Assembly (NCBI RefSeq): GCF_009914755.1
Contig: NC_060946.1
Length of the DNA: 64,000 bases
From: the human T2T-CHM13v2.0 reference genome, Homo sapiens
Strand: one strand, 5' to 3'
Shown: positions 60,801 through 64,000 of the stretch, one piece after another
How the letters are laid out: the number at the start of each line of letters is the position of its first letter
How positions within the stretch are numbered: the first letter of the stretch is position 1
Made by a program: the position numbers and the translations under genes
The notes under the pieces: generated by a model
What the model was told of the DNA's origin: nothing
Databases searched by the model: none
Seen by the model: only the letters and a program-made list of their open reading frames with translations

Positions 60801-62024
60801 CCCTCTCATGTTTCCGATGCACCCAAGCACCATCCAGCCCCGGGTCAGCACATCCACAGAGAGCAGGCAGGGTGGTGGGAGCAGCAAGTGGTGAGGCCTG
60901 TGATGCCATAATCAATTTTGCTGGGCTTAGCGTAGTTACTGAAAAGCTTGTGGAGGGAAGAGAACACACCTATTGACTCAAAGGAGGTTTGGGGATTTTC
61001 TGTGGTTTGCAACGATCCATTTGCTCGTTACTAGCTGAGATCTGGAATTGGCAGTACTGACATAATGGCTTATGTCCGTGGACTTACTGCACATGGAGAA
61101 AGAAGCTTCGGAGTCTGGGGGAAGAATGCATTTCGCCTTTCCAAGCTTCCCTTGTCCTTGCCTCATCTCTTGAGCGGTGCCAGATGACAAGGGCCTCTGT
61201 CACTGTGATGCAGTTTACTTCCTATCTCCCTCTCTAGCAGAGGTCTGCTCTTGGAGAACGGACTATGTGTATTTTGTTCACAATGTACCTCCACTGCCCA
61301 TCCAGGGCTTTGGCTTGCACCAGGTGCCCAGTAAATGTCTGGAGAATAAATGAATTGAATGAAGGTATTCGCAGCCATATGTCCACTACAGCCTATAAGG
61401 CTGCATCTGATTTGGTTGGGAGGGCAAGTGTGTGTACAAGGTTTGTAGTGATTGGCAGGAATCTCACAGATAAGACTAGTGAACAAACTGCACAAACTAC
61501 TGCCCAGTGGTTGGATTTCCTGTATCTCATGGGTACCACACCTGCAGGGCCCTTCTTGGTTTAGTCTGTGATGACTGCTACGCTCAACTGCCGCTTTCCA
61601 CAATCTGACTGCTCAGCCACACTGGATTCCTGATTTCTCTTTCCATACAACAAGCAGACTTCCCCTCTGGGCCTCTTGCACCATGGCTCCCCTGTCTAGA
61701 ATGCTCTTGTTTTGCATCCGCATGATGGGCTCCTCACTTATTCAGGACAAAAATGATATGACCATCATTCTCTGTTCCCCCAGCTGGGTTAATTTTCTTC
61801 TTATCACATACCCTGCATTCATCTTACCACTATCACATTTTTATTTATTTTTATGTTTACTGTTAGTCCCATTAGAATGGACGATCCACGAGGGCGGGGC
61901 TTTGCTCTGCTCACTGTTGCAGCACCAGAGTATAGACCCATGACTGGCATGTAGCAGGTGCTCAGTAAATATTTGTGGAACACAGTCTGATTTAGCTTTC
62001 TGCTTTCCAAAGAAATAATGTCAC

Positions 62025-62081
62025 AATAGTGTTAGTTAAAAAAAATAGTGTTAGTTAAAAAAATTGTGTTAGTTAAAAAAA
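62025..62081. repeat. Three-copy ~19-bp tandem repeat
   Basis: aat(a/t)gtgttagttaaaaaa x3. Confidence 0.9.
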
Positions 62082-62774
62082 GAAAGAACTCACAGATGTA
62101 CTGCATGTCAAGGTATGAAAGTGTGTCTATGTTCAAACATTCTCTTATTTATTCCTCACATAATATTATTCAACCACACACGTGGTAGATGGAGTGTTTA
62201 TCTCTCCTATTTTTCAAATCCAGAGCTCAGAAAAGTAAAATCATTTGCCCCAAAGACCCCAACTCAGAAACTTATGTCATCTGACTCCAGATCTCGTGTC
62301 CCTTGAGTGACAATGTCCTTGAATTACTTAACCTCTTGTTGCCCTGGTGTCCTCATCTGTGATATGGAGATAAGAAAAGTATAATCCTCCTAGTGTTGTG
62401 TGAAGGTCAAATGAGTTAATTTGGTGTGATGCTTAGAGAAGTGCCTGATACATACTAAGAACTCTGTAAATGTTACTTATTGTTGTTGAGTTATTTTAAT
62501 ATTGAATTATTATTAAAATTCTCCCTTGTTAGAATTCTATCCTTGAATTTCTGATGCATTTTTCATGCAGCTGCATTTTAGATAAGACATATTAAATACC
62601 TGTCTTTCACTACTGGGATTTATCTTGGTAAGGCTGCACGCCATAGTCTAGCGCCTTACGATTCACCGGATTTTCCTGTCTCCAATTGTTCCCATTCACC
62701 TGTCTCCCCAGCGAGAGTGTAAGTTCCTGGAAACTAGAGAGTATTGCTGATAGAGGTCTGGACAAAGTGTGACT

Positions 62775-62900
62775 GTTTTCCTTTTTCATTGAGATCTGTA
62801 ATCCATCTGGAATTGATTTTTTTTTTTCTGTATGGTATGAAGCAGGGGTTGAGATGCATTTCGTTCCCTATACAGACCTGGGTGACCCAACACCATTGCA
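62775..62900 (-). mobile_element. Old L1M fragment
   Basis: atccatctggaattgattttt...tatggtatgaag. Confidence 0.55.
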
Positions 62901-64000
62901 TCCTGCTTGCTTGGCTCATAAAGTTCTCTCTGCTTCAACTGCCATCTCCTTTCTCAGGACCTATTTGAGTCTTCCATATTCTTCAAAGCACAACTAAAAT
63001 CCTGCCTCCTTTATGAAGTCTTTCCTGACTAATGCACTATTCATTTATACCATGATGATCTATTTATTTTCTACTCTGTGTTGGGCATTGTGATAGGCAA
63101 AGGGATGCTGGGCGCTGGGGAGAGTGGTGAATGAATCAGAGACCATCCCTTCCCTCAAGAATCACACAGGCCAGGAAAGGGACACAGACATTGACCAAGT
63201 TATGGTGCATGTGGGTGTTGGGAAGTGGAATTCTGGGCTCCTGGAGATGTGTAACTGGGATGTAACCTAGTTTGGGTTTTCAATGAAGTCTCTCCCAAGG
63301 CATCCATGTTGAAATTGAGACCTTGAAGATGACTAGGAACTTGCTAGACCAGGTCATGGGGGTGGGGAGATTGGTATTTCTCCATGTTCCAGTCTTGAAG
63401 AGCACAGACATATTTAATATTCTTTCTTTATGTTTCATGTTGATCTATCTGGATAGATGTTCCTTGGGGATTAGGAGCAGAAACTATTTTTTAAAAATCC
63501 ATTACAGAGCCTAGTACAGGGCTGAAAGCAAAGTAGGTGTTCTATGTATGTTAGTTCAGAGGGCAGGTAAAAGCATTGTATCAGTCATGCTGGAAATGCT
63601 GTAATCTGGTCATTTGCTCAGAGGAGGGAACTAAATGAGAGGAAGTATACCAGCTTTTGGAGGCAGACAGATCTGGTGTAAACCTTGGCTTTGTCACTTA
63701 CCAGCTATTCATGTTGAGCCAATTTACTTAATCTGAGTCTGTTTCCTCATCTGAAAAAGATATATAATCGTATCTGCCCCATAGGCTTATTATAAGTTTA
63801 AAAGGAAGAAATCCAGTAAAACCCTGATCCTGGGCATCTAGTAGGCAGTCAATACAACATCAGTCTCTTTTCCCATCTTAAATTCAAAAGGCAATGTGGT
63901 GTGATGGGATGGATATGGGCTTTAGAATCAGACAGCCCAATGACTGAACTCTGACTTCATCACCTCTCTGCTTAACTTCTCTGAGCCTGTTTGTTCACCT

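Overview
Human genomic DNA, Alu-rich, matching the 3' part of CACNG2 (stargazin/TARP gamma-2, chr22q12.3) on the minus strand. It contains coding exons 2 (33633-33716), 3 (12520-12660) and 4 (CDS 10518-11053), all with GT-AG junctions that splice in frame. A ~3.5-kb 3' UTR ends near an AATAAA at 7054-7059, followed by ~7 kb of downstream DNA, and 30 kb of intron 1 runs off the right edge (exon 1 is outside the window). The rest is interspersed repeats (~37 Alus, L1, L2, MIR, MLT1, a near-complete Tigger1, MADE1, several MERs), microsatellites, a ~45-copy 30-bp minisatellite and a tRNA-Gln pseudogene. Almost all other ORFs in the track are spurious. I cannot support a wholly new biological system. 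The best leads are: the intron-1 VNTR whose CpG-decay variants build a phased CCAAT array; a 52-bp orphan poly(A)+TSD retro-insertion with an adjacent templated duplication; an unexplained ~750-bp insertion splitting an L2; and cis-elements in the stargazin 3' UTR (stop-proximal hairpin switch plus G-quadruplex, a CPE/hexamer/Pumilio cluster, miR-128/27 sites). Repeat family calls are from recalled consensus sequences and their boundaries are approximate.
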